A stretch of DNA of 64,000 nucleotides from Octopus sinensis (taxonomy: Eukaryota), in contig NC_043020.1 in NCBI RefSeq assembly GCF_006345805.1, forward strand, positions 21,328,001-21,392,000. The letters run 5' to 3'. The notes beneath the pieces were generated by a model that did no database searches, was not told the origin of the DNA, and saw only the letters and a program-made list of their open reading frames with translations. How positions within the stretch are numbered: the first letter of the stretch is position 1; each line of letters begins with the position of its first letter. Shown here piece by piece: positions 52,555 to 64,000 of the stretch. The position numbers were made by a program, and so were the translations under genes.

Positions 52555-52960
52555 AAAAAGGAAAATAAGATCATAAACACTGCCATACCTGGAGATGTAT
52601 GAGTAGATGGCAAAAGAACTAGAAAAGATTGAAAAGTACAAGCTACTAAAAGATGAGATTGTGAATGTGGGCAATGAAGAAACTATCTGTCATCCCAGTA
52701 ATTGTTGGGGCACTGGGGATATTAACAACCAGATTTGAGAAATTTGTTGGAGAAATCCAGATTGATATGAAGATGGAATGTGCTCAGAAAACTGCTCTAT
52801 TGGGGACAGCAAAGATTTTGAGATTGGTATTTGAATGTAAATCATCATGGAAAGAGACCCTGTGAATTCCTTGACAGTAGGTTGTCTTACAGAATTAGTC
52901 AGAGCAAGTGAAATCAAGAGCTCTGAGAAGTGAAATGGAAATAATAATAATAATAATAAT
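52555..52960 (+). mobile_element. R4/Dong-clade LINE 3' fragment (REL endonuclease)
   Basis: IEKYKLLKDEI..VIPVIVGALG...QKTALLGTAKILR; (AAT)n on both sides. Confidence 0.75.
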
Positions 52961-53689
52961 GTTCTCTAATTTACACACAAGAGGCCAGCAATTTTGAGGG
53001 AGAGAGATAAGCTGATTACATCAACCCCAGTATTTGACTTACTTAATTCGATTGACCTCAGAAAGATGAAAGGCAAAGCTGACCTCGGCAGAAATTGAAG
53101 TGGTAAACCAAGGAAGATATGGAACACAGTGATGAGAAAGGATCTTCAAATATTGAACCTCACAGAAGAGATGATAAGGGACCATGACATCTAGCAATTT
53201 GTTGTACTTGAGAAGACAAGTCAAGCTAAGTCATGACCCTCCATACATGCAGGCATATCCTTTACAGTGATAACAGCCCTTCTCCTCACACGCACATGAA
53301 CATAATTCTGTCCTCTGGTAAAACTCACCCACAGCCATCTTCCCCAAATCCACCAACTTGTGGCAGACACCTCCAGTTGCTCTCAACATCATTTGCTATC
53401 TCTAAATATATCTCCTCACATTCTGATACACCTCCTCCATCTCCTCTGTGCTACCTATACTCCCCACCACTACTGTTCCCTATGGGCAGACCCTCTCTCT
53501 CTCTCACTCTTTTTCTCCCCCACCTTCCTCTGCTTCCTTGTCCTACTTGGGTAGCCAAGTATCTCCTCTGTAGTAAGACCCTTTATTTACTCAAACCTCT
53601 CACCTGGCACACAGTCACTTCTCTCAGTTCCTCTCTCCCTCTCAGCTGAAATGTCTTTGACTTGCAAGCCACTTGGTGGCCCCATGGGT

Positions 53690-54055
53690 ACTATTTCCAC
53701 ATAGCACCTGTGCTAGTATCTAATAAAAAGCACCTATGCCAGTGCCATGTAGAAAGTACTTGTGCTGGTGTCACATAGAAAGCACTCATACCAGCACCAT
53801 GTAAAAAAAGAGCACCTATCCTGGCACCGTGTAAGAAGCACCCATGCCAGTACCACGCAGAGGGCACCCATTCTGGCACCATGTAAAAACACCTCATACA
53901 CCCTGTAAAGTGGTCGGTGTTAAGAAGGGCATCCACCCATTGAAACCATACCAAACCAGACAACTAGTACCTGGTGCAGCCCTCTAGCTATTCAGCTCCT
54001 GTCACACCATCCAACCCATGCCAGCATCGAAAACAAACATTAAATGATGATCATG
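53690..54055 (+). mobile_element. RTE-tail SINE-like repeat; a second inverted copy lies at 54262-54600
   Basis: aaaagcacc tandem units plus the aagggcatcca...aatgatga tail. Confidence 0.7.
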
Positions 54056-54654
54056 AAAATGAAGATCCTTCCTGTAATTCAGGTTTCAACAGACAGGTAA
54101 TCCTTCACTACTTGACAACCTGTGTTCATGTGTTTATATCCCCGTAACTTAGTTCAGTAAAAGAGAATGGTAGAATAAGTACTAGGACTTATAAATAAGT
54201 CCTTGTGTCGAGCCACTCAACTAAAATCCTTCAAGGTGGTAAAAGAATATAAATCATCACCATCATTTAATGTCTGTTGTCCATGCTGGCATGAGTTGGA
54301 CAGTTTGACCAGAACTGGCATGTCAGGGAGCTGCACCAGACTCCAGTCTGATTTGGAATGGTTTCTACAGCTGGATGCCCTTTCTCACACCAACCACTTT
54401 ACAGAGTGTGCTTTTATGTGGCAATGCATGGGTGCTTTTACATGGCACCACACAGGCACTTTTATGAGGCACCACATAGGTACTTTTACATGACACTGCT
54501 ACAAGTGCTTTACACCACCAGAAGGACCAGTCTTAACACTTCTCCTGCAGAGTATGGGACTTCTTGAGTACAGCAAGGCACCAGCCATCTCAGACCTTTG
54601 TCATTCTAAGGTCATTCATAGATTCCATCTTAGGGTTATTGTTATTATTATTGG

Positions 54655-55383
54655 ACACTCCTGTCAAAGATAACGTGAGTGTTCAGCTTTTTGCTGAATG
54701 ACAGTATTTTCACCGTGTAATCTGTAAGGACCTGGACTTGCCCCAATATAAAAACTGGTGGTAGCACAAACCACCCCTAATGTTTGAAAATGATCACATC
54801 TCACTCCTTTGGAACTTTGCTGTTCAAACTGACAGAAAGATAGATGCAAATAGGCCAGGCACTATACAGAAGGATTTCAGACAAAAATCATGCCTCTTCA
54901 TCGATATGACTATCTCAATTGACATAAATATATCTAGCAAGACCTATCAAATACTGAGCAAATATAAAGATCTTGAAACAGAAATTGGTAAACTGCGGAA
55001 CCTAATACCTGTTGTCATAGGCGCTCTAGGGATGAAAGCAAAAGGGGCTGATTGCTCCCTATCTCAGATACCAGGAAATCCAAAAATGGAAGAAATTCAA
55101 AAAACAGTGCATGTGGGAACTGCTTATATCCAAAGAAAAAATTTGTCTATATAATTCCAAAAATACTTTAATCTGAATATTATCAAAAGTACTTTTAAAT
55201 GTACATAATAGCAAACAACTTTCACTGTCATCCTAAAATCATACTATCTTATAAAATTACTTTTAAGACTAACTTTTAATTTTCTTATGTCTCGACAGAC
55301 ATGAACTTCAAACTTGTTGTCTCTTGAGGTCTGTGTAAGACTTGGAGTCAACTTATACAAATACAAAGCAAAAGCCAAACATA

Positions 55384-55400
<17 letters not shown>
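54655..55400 (+). mobile_element. R4/Dong-clade LINE 3' fragment
   Basis: ORF 54780..55154 LLWNFAVQTDRKIDANRP...LFIDM...KYKDLE..VVIGALG; (AAT)n tail. Confidence 0.82.
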
Positions 55401-55414
<14 letters not shown>

Positions 55415-55634
55415 ATGTCTGTGTTGTATTACATGAAGATATTTTGCTACTGCCTTTGCCACTTTCCCTCCTAAAGCTTTCAATCATACTGTAACATCTC
55501 TTATCCTTCACTCACCCTAGGATGCTAGGTGTGTCTCGCAAGTAATTGTAACAAATATGCAGATTAAAAGTAAATAATAATAATGATGATGATGGTGATG
55601 ATTATTACTATTATAATAATAATAATAATAATAA

Positions 55635-57075
55635 TAATAAGAGCTGAATGCAAGAAACAGGAAGCTGAATGCAAGAAACAGGATCGAAGCGATCAATGCT
55701 TTAGCCATACCAGTCGTGACTTACAGTTTCAATATCGTTAACTGGTCAATTACTGAAATATGTAATCTTGACAGAAAAATACGAAAACTGTTGACAATGC
55801 ATAGAATGCACCACCCTAAGGCAGATATAGATCGACTTTATCTACCAAGAAAAGAGGGAGGCCGTGGGCTTTTACAACTGGCAATAACAATGAAGGTTGC
55901 TACAATTGGCCTAGACACCTACCTGAAAAACTCTGAGGACTGGATGTTAAAACTTATCTCAAAACATGAAAACAAGAAAGCATCATACACAGTAACAAAA
56001 CAGGCAAAGGAATATCTAAGTGAATTCCGAATACAACAAATTCCGGAATTAGACACACAAGAAACAAGCACAGAAAAAGCTAAGCGCATGGAAACCTGTG
56101 CTAAAACTGCTGCCTTAGATATTCTGAATGATAAATGGCAAGAAAAACCTCTCAATGGCAAATACCCAAATAGAGTGAATAATGCAGATGTTGACAAAGC
56201 CCTGACCCATCAATGGCTAATGGCCTCTGGCTTAAAATCTGAAACAGAAGGGTTTATCATAGCAGCTCAAGATCAATGCCTACCTACAAGGAACTACCAG
56301 GCCAACATATTAAAGAACGGCAGTAGCCCATGTCGTGTATGTCAACAACAAAATGAAACCATTGATCATGTTGTTTCCAAGTGCAGTCTTCTTGCGCCTA
56401 CAGGGTATCTCAACAGGCATGATAGAGCTGCACAATATATTCACTGGGTAATTTGCAGAAGCCTGGACTGTGATAAAAACTGTGGTAACACAAACCATCT
56501 CCAGTGCTTGAAAATGACCACATCTCACTCCTCTGGAACTTCACCATTCAAACTGACAGAAAGATAGACGTGAATAGGCCAGACATCATAGTAAAAAACT
56601 TCAGACAAAAAACATGCCTCCTCATTGATATGACTGTCCTAATCGATATAAACGTATCTGTCAAGACCTACCAGAAACTGAGCAAATATAAAGATCTGGA
56701 AATAGAAATCAGCAAAATGTTGAACCTGAAGACTAAAACAATACCTGTTGTCAGAGGTGCCCTGGGAATGATAGCAAAAGGGGCTGATTGCTACCTAACA
56801 CAGATACCAGGAAACCCCAAACTGGCAGAAATTCAAAAGATAGTGCTCATGGGAACTGCTCATATCCTACACAAAATACTTTCTTTGTAATCTCAAGTTT
56901 TAAAACAAACATAATTTTCGTATGGTTTTTTAGGTATTCACTAGTACAACACTAAGTACAAAACCAAATATATGGTACCCTAGGCATAACACCAACATGA
57001 ACTTTCAACTTGTTGTCTCTTGACTTCTCTGGGTGAGACTTGGAGCCATCTTGTGCAAATGTAAAGCAAAAGTCA
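55635..57075 (+). mobile_element. R4/Dong-clade LINE, longest 5'-truncated copy
   Basis: DIDRLYLPRKEGGRGL, ETEGFIIAAQDQ, CRVC..ETIDHVVSKC (CCHC), RHDRAAQYIHW, RPDII..CLLIDM and KYKDLEIE; (AAT)n at both ends. Confidence 0.9.
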
Positions 57076-57094
57076 AACATAGAATAATAATAAT

Positions 57095-57660
57095 AAAGCC
57101 CTGATGCAATACCAGACAGTAACTTTTAATGGCTTCTAATCTTAACTAATTGGAAGTGTTAACATGTATATGTGTTTTGTCTTCGTGTAAAAGATGGGAT
57201 ATTGCAAATATTCTGACTAATAACACAGATTTGCTTGTCAGTTGCTTGAACTTAACCAGTTGAGCATGTCCCTTAGTGGCTGATGGTGTGGGCATCTCTG
57301 ATCATGAGCAGTAGTTGGGGAGCATCATAGCCATGTGTTGAGTGGGATTCTTTGGGCTTTGAATAATTCACTTCTGGAAACATGGGTGTTTCGTTCAACA
57401 TCCTTCAACAACCTTTATTCAAGGACCATTTGAGCATAATGGGCTACTCAACTTGAAGAAAATTCTAATTAGGCCCCATCTGCAACTTCTTGCACTGTTT
57501 ATCTTGATATGAGATCGCCATGTCATGCACATATGGTTGTGATGCATGTGTTTGGTGTACCTTTATCAGATGGGTAGTCATGATGGATATATTGGGTTTC
57601 ATATATTTTGCCCTGTTGTTACTTTGATGGCATGCACTGCTCTCTCACTCAATAATAATA
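57095..57660 (-). repeat. Inverted copy of the 13640-14200 repeat
   Basis: Reverse-complement similarity over about 550 bp. Confidence 0.8.
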
Positions 57661-57689
57661 ATAACAGTAATATCAGAGTCTCCTCACTC

Positions 57690-58340
57690 AGAATTATCAA
57701 GCTAATGTCACACACAATGAGTAAACACAAAGTGTAGACTCTGCAACGATGAACTGGAGATTATTGACCACGTTGTTGCAGTTGTTCAGTTCTTACCCCA
57801 ACAGAAAATAAAACCAGCCATGATTGAGTTGGCCAATATTTGCACTGTAGCATATACCATCGCTATGATATCTCACATCCTAAGAACTATTACAAACACC
57901 ATCCAGAGCCAGTCACTGAGGGAGAGAATGTTACCATCCTATGGGATTATGGGATACATAGACAGGCAAATAAGTGAAAACAGACCAGACATCATCATCA
58001 AAGACCTTAGTCAAAAAACATATCTGTTAACTGATATGAAAGTGCCAACTGATAGGAGCATTTCAGCAAAGGAAAAAACTGTTGAAATACAAGGACCTTG
58101 AGACTGAGATATCTAAGACACGGCAATTAAAAACCAAAACCATCCCTGTTGTTGTAGGTGTTCTGGGAATGATCAAGAAAGGTAGTGATAAATGTTTTGA
58201 CCAGATCCCAGGGAAACCAACAATCTATGAGATTCAAAAAATTGTGTTGACATCAACCACCCACATTCTCAGGAAGTTTTTCTCCATTTAATATATATAC
58301 GCCTTAGGTCTCTGGTTGAGACTTAGTCAGAAGATGAAAC
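57690..58340 (+). mobile_element. R4/Dong-clade LINE 3' fragment (divergent)
   Basis: ENRPDIII..LLTDMKVP and KYKDLETEISK..IPVVVGVLG...QKIVLTSTTHILR. Confidence 0.8.
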
Positions 58341-58699
58341 AAGATGCAAATAAATAGGAAAAATAGTAATAATATCTAACTTTGGTCCAAAGACACAAAT
58401 TCAGACAGATACAATGAAATCCAGTACTGTATCATGTATTGAGCCCCATACTTTGCTAATGAATTAAGCCCAGTATTTTGTTGAACCCCGGAAGAATGAA
58501 AAAAAAAAGCCAAAGTTAGGGGGAATAAAAAATGTTAACAATGGCTAATTATCAAAGAAATAAGGACTCATGAAATGAAACAGTTTAACTAGGAATCAAA
58601 CCTATCATGCACTCAGTTTTTGGGGCTTTTTTTAAAAATTTGGTCAAGAGAAAGGGATTATACTTATGGTTTACACAGGTTCACCAAGACCAGTGAAAA

Positions 58700-59010
58700 T
58701 GATGTTGTTACCATTTTGCTAGGGCTATTGAAAGTCAGTGTGCTGCAGGAAAAACAAGCACAGTGATGAAATTCCAGAGAGCTGACATTCCAGGAAGGAA
58801 AAATTGAGCACAGTAGTGTGTGGGCCTGAAGATGGAGTGAATACAGGATGGGAGACACGAACAGGAGAGTTGAGTAAAACAGGAGTGTCTGAACGTAGTT
58901 GGCATGAGAACAGCTGGCTCTGAGAAACAGAGGCCACAGTGGTAGTGATGGATGAGGCACAATGAGGTTCACAACACATCTGTGGAGCAGATGGAGTGTG
59001 TTTGCAAGCA
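58700..59010 (-). mobile_element. CR1/L2-like LINE 3' end
   Basis: CFSEPAVLMP...FFLPGMSALWNF..VFPAA resembles the C-terminus of CR1-superfamily ORF2. Confidence 0.5.
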
Positions 59011-59511
59011 ACTGATGTTAGTAAGTTGAGCAGCCTTTATCTGGATGTGGTGTTGGATGTGTGTGTGCACATGTGTGTATGTGTGTGTGTGTGTACATGC
59101 ATGCTTTGACAATGTATACTGGACAAAGATATTGTCCAGAAAATTGGCAAAAATACCTAGTGATATTGATTTTTCCCAATTTACACAGACACTCCTCTGT
59201 CATTCATGCCTCAAAAATGTAGTGACTGGCCAACAAAATGCATGACATTCAATATAAAAGAATAAAAACAGTAATCATAATTTCAAATCTTAGCTAATAT
59301 GGGATTTTTTGCATAGAAGTTCCCCAGTTAGAAATAGTAGCAATTCTCCTCAAATCACATACTCAAGTTTCTTCAAAAAGGAGGACAATGCAGTAAAAGA
59401 GACACACACACAAAAAGGAGAAAAAAAAGCACTAGAATCCCTTTCATCATATATCAATCTGTTGAACCAGGATTGACAGGAGAATAAACAACAATTCAAA
59501 ATCTAACTTAC

Positions 59512-59657
59512 CCCCAATCCACAGCCAATCATTGACCGTCTTTAGTATGTCCAATGAGGTCTGATAGTGTAGAATAGCCTCTCCTGGTAAACCAGCTTGT
59601 AAGCAAAGGTCAGCAAGATGTTTACGTAGACGACCCGTGCATTTCTTTTTATAAGCT
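59512..59657 (-). CDS. TRAPPC9: TRAPPC9 exon (146 nt): (R)AYKKKCTGRLRKHLADLCLQAGLPGEAILHYQTSLDILKTVNDWLWIG
   Basis: Acceptor ttttcag, donor gtaag; lies within ORF 59447..59710; resembles human [22 protein letters not shown]...VNDFLWLG as recalled. Confidence 0.93.
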
Positions 59658-60143
59658 CTGAAAAGTGGATAAACAATATTAATCATTATCATCATTAAAA
59701 AAAAAAGCATTCAATGTCCTTCTATGTTGGCTTAGTTAAAACACAGTACCAAGTTCTATTCTCTGCCTTGGCATGGTTTCTTCAGCTGGTTGCTCTTCCT
59801 AACACCAACTACTAGAAAGAGCATCCAGCTGCAGAATCAACACAATATATATCTCTGTCACACTTTGACCTTTCACCTTCTGACACAAGTTCCCCTCCTC
59901 AAATGCCCCTGCCCTCTCATAATTTCTTGTCTTGTGAGTTACTTGGTGACCCTGTAAGTGCTAGTGCCAAGTAAAAAGCACTGACTCCACTCTACAGAGT
60001 GGTTGGTGTTAAGAAGTACATACAGCCATAAAAACCTTACCAAAACAGTCACAATTGCCTAGGGTAGTTTTTTTACCTGGCCAGTCCCTGTCAACTGTCC
60101 TACCCATGCATGCATGAAAGATGGCCATTAAACAATGAAGATG

Positions 60144-60208
<65 letters not shown>

Positions 60209-60339
60209 TGCAATAGATAATTGTACTAAGGTAGACATAGAGATATAAAAAAAAACTATACAAATTATCTAAAGATTTCAGCCTATCTATAACAATAGAC
60301 AGTAATTACCATATAGTAAATTTTCTAGATGCTTTTAGC

Positions 60340-61400
60340 TTAGAAACTGGGATATAAAAAACATACCACAAACTGAACCAGTGCCTGGGATACATAAAGT
60401 AAAGTCCAATCATACACCATCCATAACAAAAGGAATAGTTAGGAATGTAACTACTAGAATATTACACCTGTCAGCCAATGAGACAATATTTAACATACAT
60501 GCACCTTACTACAATGAAGTACTAGCTAGAGCCAGGTTAAGGAAAAAAATCAAGTTCACATCTGGCAAAATCCTAAATAATATTAATATCTATGCATCCA
60601 AAGTAGAAAACATATGCATTATGAAAAACAACAAACACCTAACAATAGAAACACACAAACACAAGATAGAATGGAAAATTTTTTTAAATAAACAAAGAAT
60701 GAAAATATAACAATAATAGCAATAACCTGCAAAATTGGATAAAGGAACCAAACAAACAATACAAAAATTCCAAAGTCTTGTGGTACAACCCAGTGTTCAG
60801 ATTGCAAGTATCCTTGAAGATAGGTACAGAATTCCTTACAGCATTAGATGAGTGCTTCCCTAAATCACATAAATATCATCGTATCTTCAACAAGTACACA
60901 TCCAATAGCATGGAGTTCTACATACACAAATGCAGCAATAGAAAAATATACATGCAAACAACGACAACAAACATGGAACAAACAGAAGAAAACAACACAA
61001 GGTATAGGAACAACAACAAAAATAAACAATAGGAATCACAAAAACAAGGATGGTGACCCCAACAGTCATAATAGGAGCCAAACAAAAACCAAGAAAAGAA
61101 ACAACAAAACAAACAATAATATCAAGAACACTACAAACACTGTAAACCAGCCAGAATATCATGAAGACAAAAAGAAAAAGTCACCAAATGACAACAAAGA
61201 TGATAATAGTTCAAAGTAGTGTAGCTCTCACAATAAATCTGCATGTCCACATCAATGCATGCAAAAAAGCATCATATATATGTATACATAGGATCCTCCA
61301 AAAGCCAATTCAAGGTCCATCATCTGAACCATATCTCCTCAGTCTGAAAGATCAATCAACGACACACAACATCACTAGCACAGATGCCAGTCATCGAATT
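60340..61400 (+). mobile_element. Penelope-like (Naiad-type) remnant
   Basis: VKSNHTPSI..ILHLSANE..APYYNEVL, WYNPVF and FPKSHKYHRIFNK parallel the element at 2146-3368. Confidence 0.72.
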
Positions 61401-61630
61401 TGATTTGGATTTCACTTGCCTCAACAGGTCTTTGCAAGCAGAGTTTAGTGCCCAATGAAGGAAAGGTATGCATAAGTGGACTGGTTACACCCCTGGGTTA
61501 TGGTTTCACTTGGCTTGCTGAGTCTTCTCAAGCACTGCATATTTCCAAAGGTCTCGGTCACTAGTCATTGCCTCGGTGAGGCCTAATGTTCGAAAGTCGT
61601 GCTTCACCACCTCATACCAGGTCTTCTTGG
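61400..61630 (-). mobile_element. RTE 3' end fragment
   Basis: Matches the RPKKTWYEVVKHD end and 3' region of other RTE copies. Confidence 0.7.
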
Positions 61631-61692
61631 GTCTACCTCTTCCAACTTTTTTCTCAGGGTGTTTCCATTATTTTGTAAAACCCCTGTATATA

Positions 61693-62553
61693 TGAGGTGG
61701 TCAAAAACTATCCGACCTTGATTTTTTTGCACAAAATAATAATGAATGAGCAAGATCCGCAGGGGTATTAGGTGGCCATGTCCTTCCTGAACATGCGCAA
61801 AAATTTTCTTGCTTCTAGGTTGTGCCATTCACCTGCAGTGACATGTGTGATTTTTCTTTTTGAATCAAAATGTGTGATTTTTCTTTTTGAGTCAAAATGA
61901 CCAAGTGCATTGAGCAAAGATACTGTATCAAATTCTGCCAATAACTTTGTGATATACGAGCCCAGAGTATCAGGAAGATTCAGAAGGCCTTTGGAGATGA
62001 TGCTATGGGAAAAACACAAATAAAGGAGTGGTGCAACTGGTTCAAAGATGGCTGCACCTCAGTGGACAGTGAGCTACACTGTGACCAGACAATTAACAAA
62101 GAATACTACCTGGGGGTTCTTCATCACCTTCATGAAGCTGTGTGGCAAAAACTACCCAACCTGTGGGCAGCAAAGAACTGGCAACTCCACCATGACAATG
62201 CACCCACTCATTCTACCCACATCATCCAAGCATTCCTCGTCAAACAAAACACACCACTTGTTCGTCAGGCTTCTTACTCTCTAGACGTTGCTCTGTGTGA
62301 CTTTTGACTATTCCCAAAGCTCAAAAAATACACTCAATGAGAGAAGATTTGAGTCAATAGAGGACATTAAGCAAAATTCATCAGCACAGTATTACAGCAT
62401 CCCAAAAAGTGATTTCCAGAAATGTTTCCAACAGTGACAGGAATGTGTAGACTCCCAAGGCACATACTTTGAAAGAGACTAAATCAAAATGGTGAGTTTT
62501 TTAATATTACTTGTTTTTTGGCCAAAGGTTGGATACCTTTTGACTACACCTCA
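61693..62553 (+). mobile_element. Internally deleted mariner
   Basis: TIRs tgaggtggtcaaaaactatcc / ggataccttttgactacacctca, TA-flanked; EQRYCIKF and WQLHHDNAPTH; the GDE(S/K)W region is missing. Confidence 0.85.
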
Positions 62554-62699
62554 TATATATACACACACACATACACACAATATACAAGAGTCAACTCCTT
62601 CAACTAAACCCTTCAAGGCAATGCCCCAGCATGGTCACAGTACAATGACTGAAACAAGCAAAAGATGTGTATATATATATATATAATAGTGGAAACCTA

Positions 62700-63900
62700 C
62701 TAAATAGTAAACTAGACCTCGTTTTTCCTGTATACATAATGCTACCCACATGTTTAAATACTTTAAGGACATGAAACAACCTCTATAACAGCCCCCAACC
62801 TAGGTCCAATCCAATTTACTCCCTCTTCTGCGGACCCTTTAGCCTATCAATCTCCCCATTCATATCTGAGTCCTTCTAGTCTTGTTTTCCCATTACCAAC
62901 CATTCTTACTATACTTTCATGGTATGATATATTGAAAGAACTTACACTATCTATAGTGCACCAAGTTTTATGCAAAAGTAAGGATGATGAAACCTAACCT
63001 CTAGTAGCAGCCTGTACACCCTAGACAGTTCATTTCCATTTCTATTACCTATGTATTGCTTACACCAACATATGGTTTTTTGAGCAGGATTTGCTATATA
63101 GTAGATAGAACACACTATCCAAACCCTTATCCGTGACTACTGTCTTGAGTTGCTTCATCTGATTTCACACTAAGGTGATTATACCATCCATTTTGATATC
63201 ATTGCTACCCGTTTAACATTCCATAGTTATTCAGTAGACTACTCCCTTACTGCTGGTTTTCCCTGATATCTGATTGGCTATTTCCTCTAACTCCATACTA
63301 GGCATAGTTCATTATGTAACCCCATCGTTCATTAAACTTCTTATTAATAGATAACACTCTACTATAACCATTTCCATAAAAGTTTGATTTTTTGATGGTC
63401 ATGTACCCCACTCCACTTTCAATCAATATCCACTGAATACCCCTAAATTTCTGTATTTTCTCTGGTCTTTTACCATAAGCTAGAGATTCCGACACCCCAA
63501 CTCTATACCTGGTTGGCTTGCATTCTTTTACTTTTATTTTATTTTTCCTTTCATCCATACATCTATTTATCATTTCTTCTTCACTTATCCTTAATTGTTT
63601 TATGACCTTCCCTTACCACTATGCTAAGCCTTAATAAATTATCTCCTACACTCCACTCTAGTCTACCTATGATCAAGCCTAGCAGACTCCTCACCTGAAT
63701 CCCTGACCTTGGATATTATATTACACCCTTTCAAGAACTACATTCTTAACCTAAACAGCCAACATAGTTACTCATTCTCCCATTTCATAGTTGGCCTCAA
63801 CAGTCTTTAGCCTCAACCTGGCTGTATTCTTGAGACAGTCCTTTGTTTTGTAAAAATTACTTCTCATCTTATGATTACAGTCTTTTATAATGATGTAATG
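62700..63900 (-). mobile_element. Possible highly degenerate LINE remnant
   Basis: Only short motif-like pieces (YGVRGN; IEVVS..FKH) can be discerned. Confidence 0.3.
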
Positions 63901-64000
63901 TTCTCATTCTTCTATTAAAAAATTACATAAGAAACAGTTATAATGACTAGACTGTGGCCATGCTGGGGCATGGCCTTCAAGGGTTTAGCTGAAGAAGTTG

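Larger units (their letters stand above)
10789..59657 (-). other. TRAPPC9: TRAPPC9 (Trs120/NIBP) gene, internal part: 12 coding exons; start and stop exons lie outside the window
   Basis: Manual splicing gives exons of 146, 138, 128, 69, 72, 199, 94, 177, 161, 86, 127 and 214 nt (1611 nt). All are GT-AG, phases are compatible and the frame stays open. The peptides resemble recalled TRAPPC9 motifs in the correct order: [74 protein letters not shown]. Confidence 0.93.

Noticed and set aside
60848-61219. N/K/T-rich 123-aa ORF
   Set aside because: It is AAC-rich low-complexity sequence inside a PLE remnant.
59660-64000. Upstream (start-codon) exons of TRAPPC9
   Set aside because: No segment matching the expected N-terminus (e.g. 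PLL..PFEKKD..G.D..SR) with splice sites was found; they probably lie beyond the window.

Overview
This is eukaryotic, AT-rich, repeat-dense genomic DNA. The (AT)n/(AC)n tracts and the LINE/SINE repertoire suggest an octopus-like cephalopod (inference). The only host gene found is TRAPPC9 (Trs120/NIBP) on the minus strand. Twelve internal coding exons between 59657 and 10789 have GT-AG boundaries and splice into one open frame of 1611 nt (about 537 codons); the first and last exons lie outside the window. The introns hold decayed elements: Penelope-like elements (PLEs), RTE, CR1, Tx1/L1 and R4/Dong LINEs, mariner, hAT, Helitrons, MITEs and SINEs. The most unusual signal is five type I hammerhead ribozyme (HHR) motifs in three architectures: a 510-nt tandem retrozyme-like unit (50684-51428), an approximately 1.15-kb inverted-repeat element with one HHR in each arm (3722-4865), and an HHR (3627-3677) next to a nearly intact 5'-truncated PLE. 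There are also two twin-priming-like RTE inversions and an inverted Helitron pair bracketing three exons. TE boundaries are approximate unless exact motifs are given; no alignments or database searches were run.
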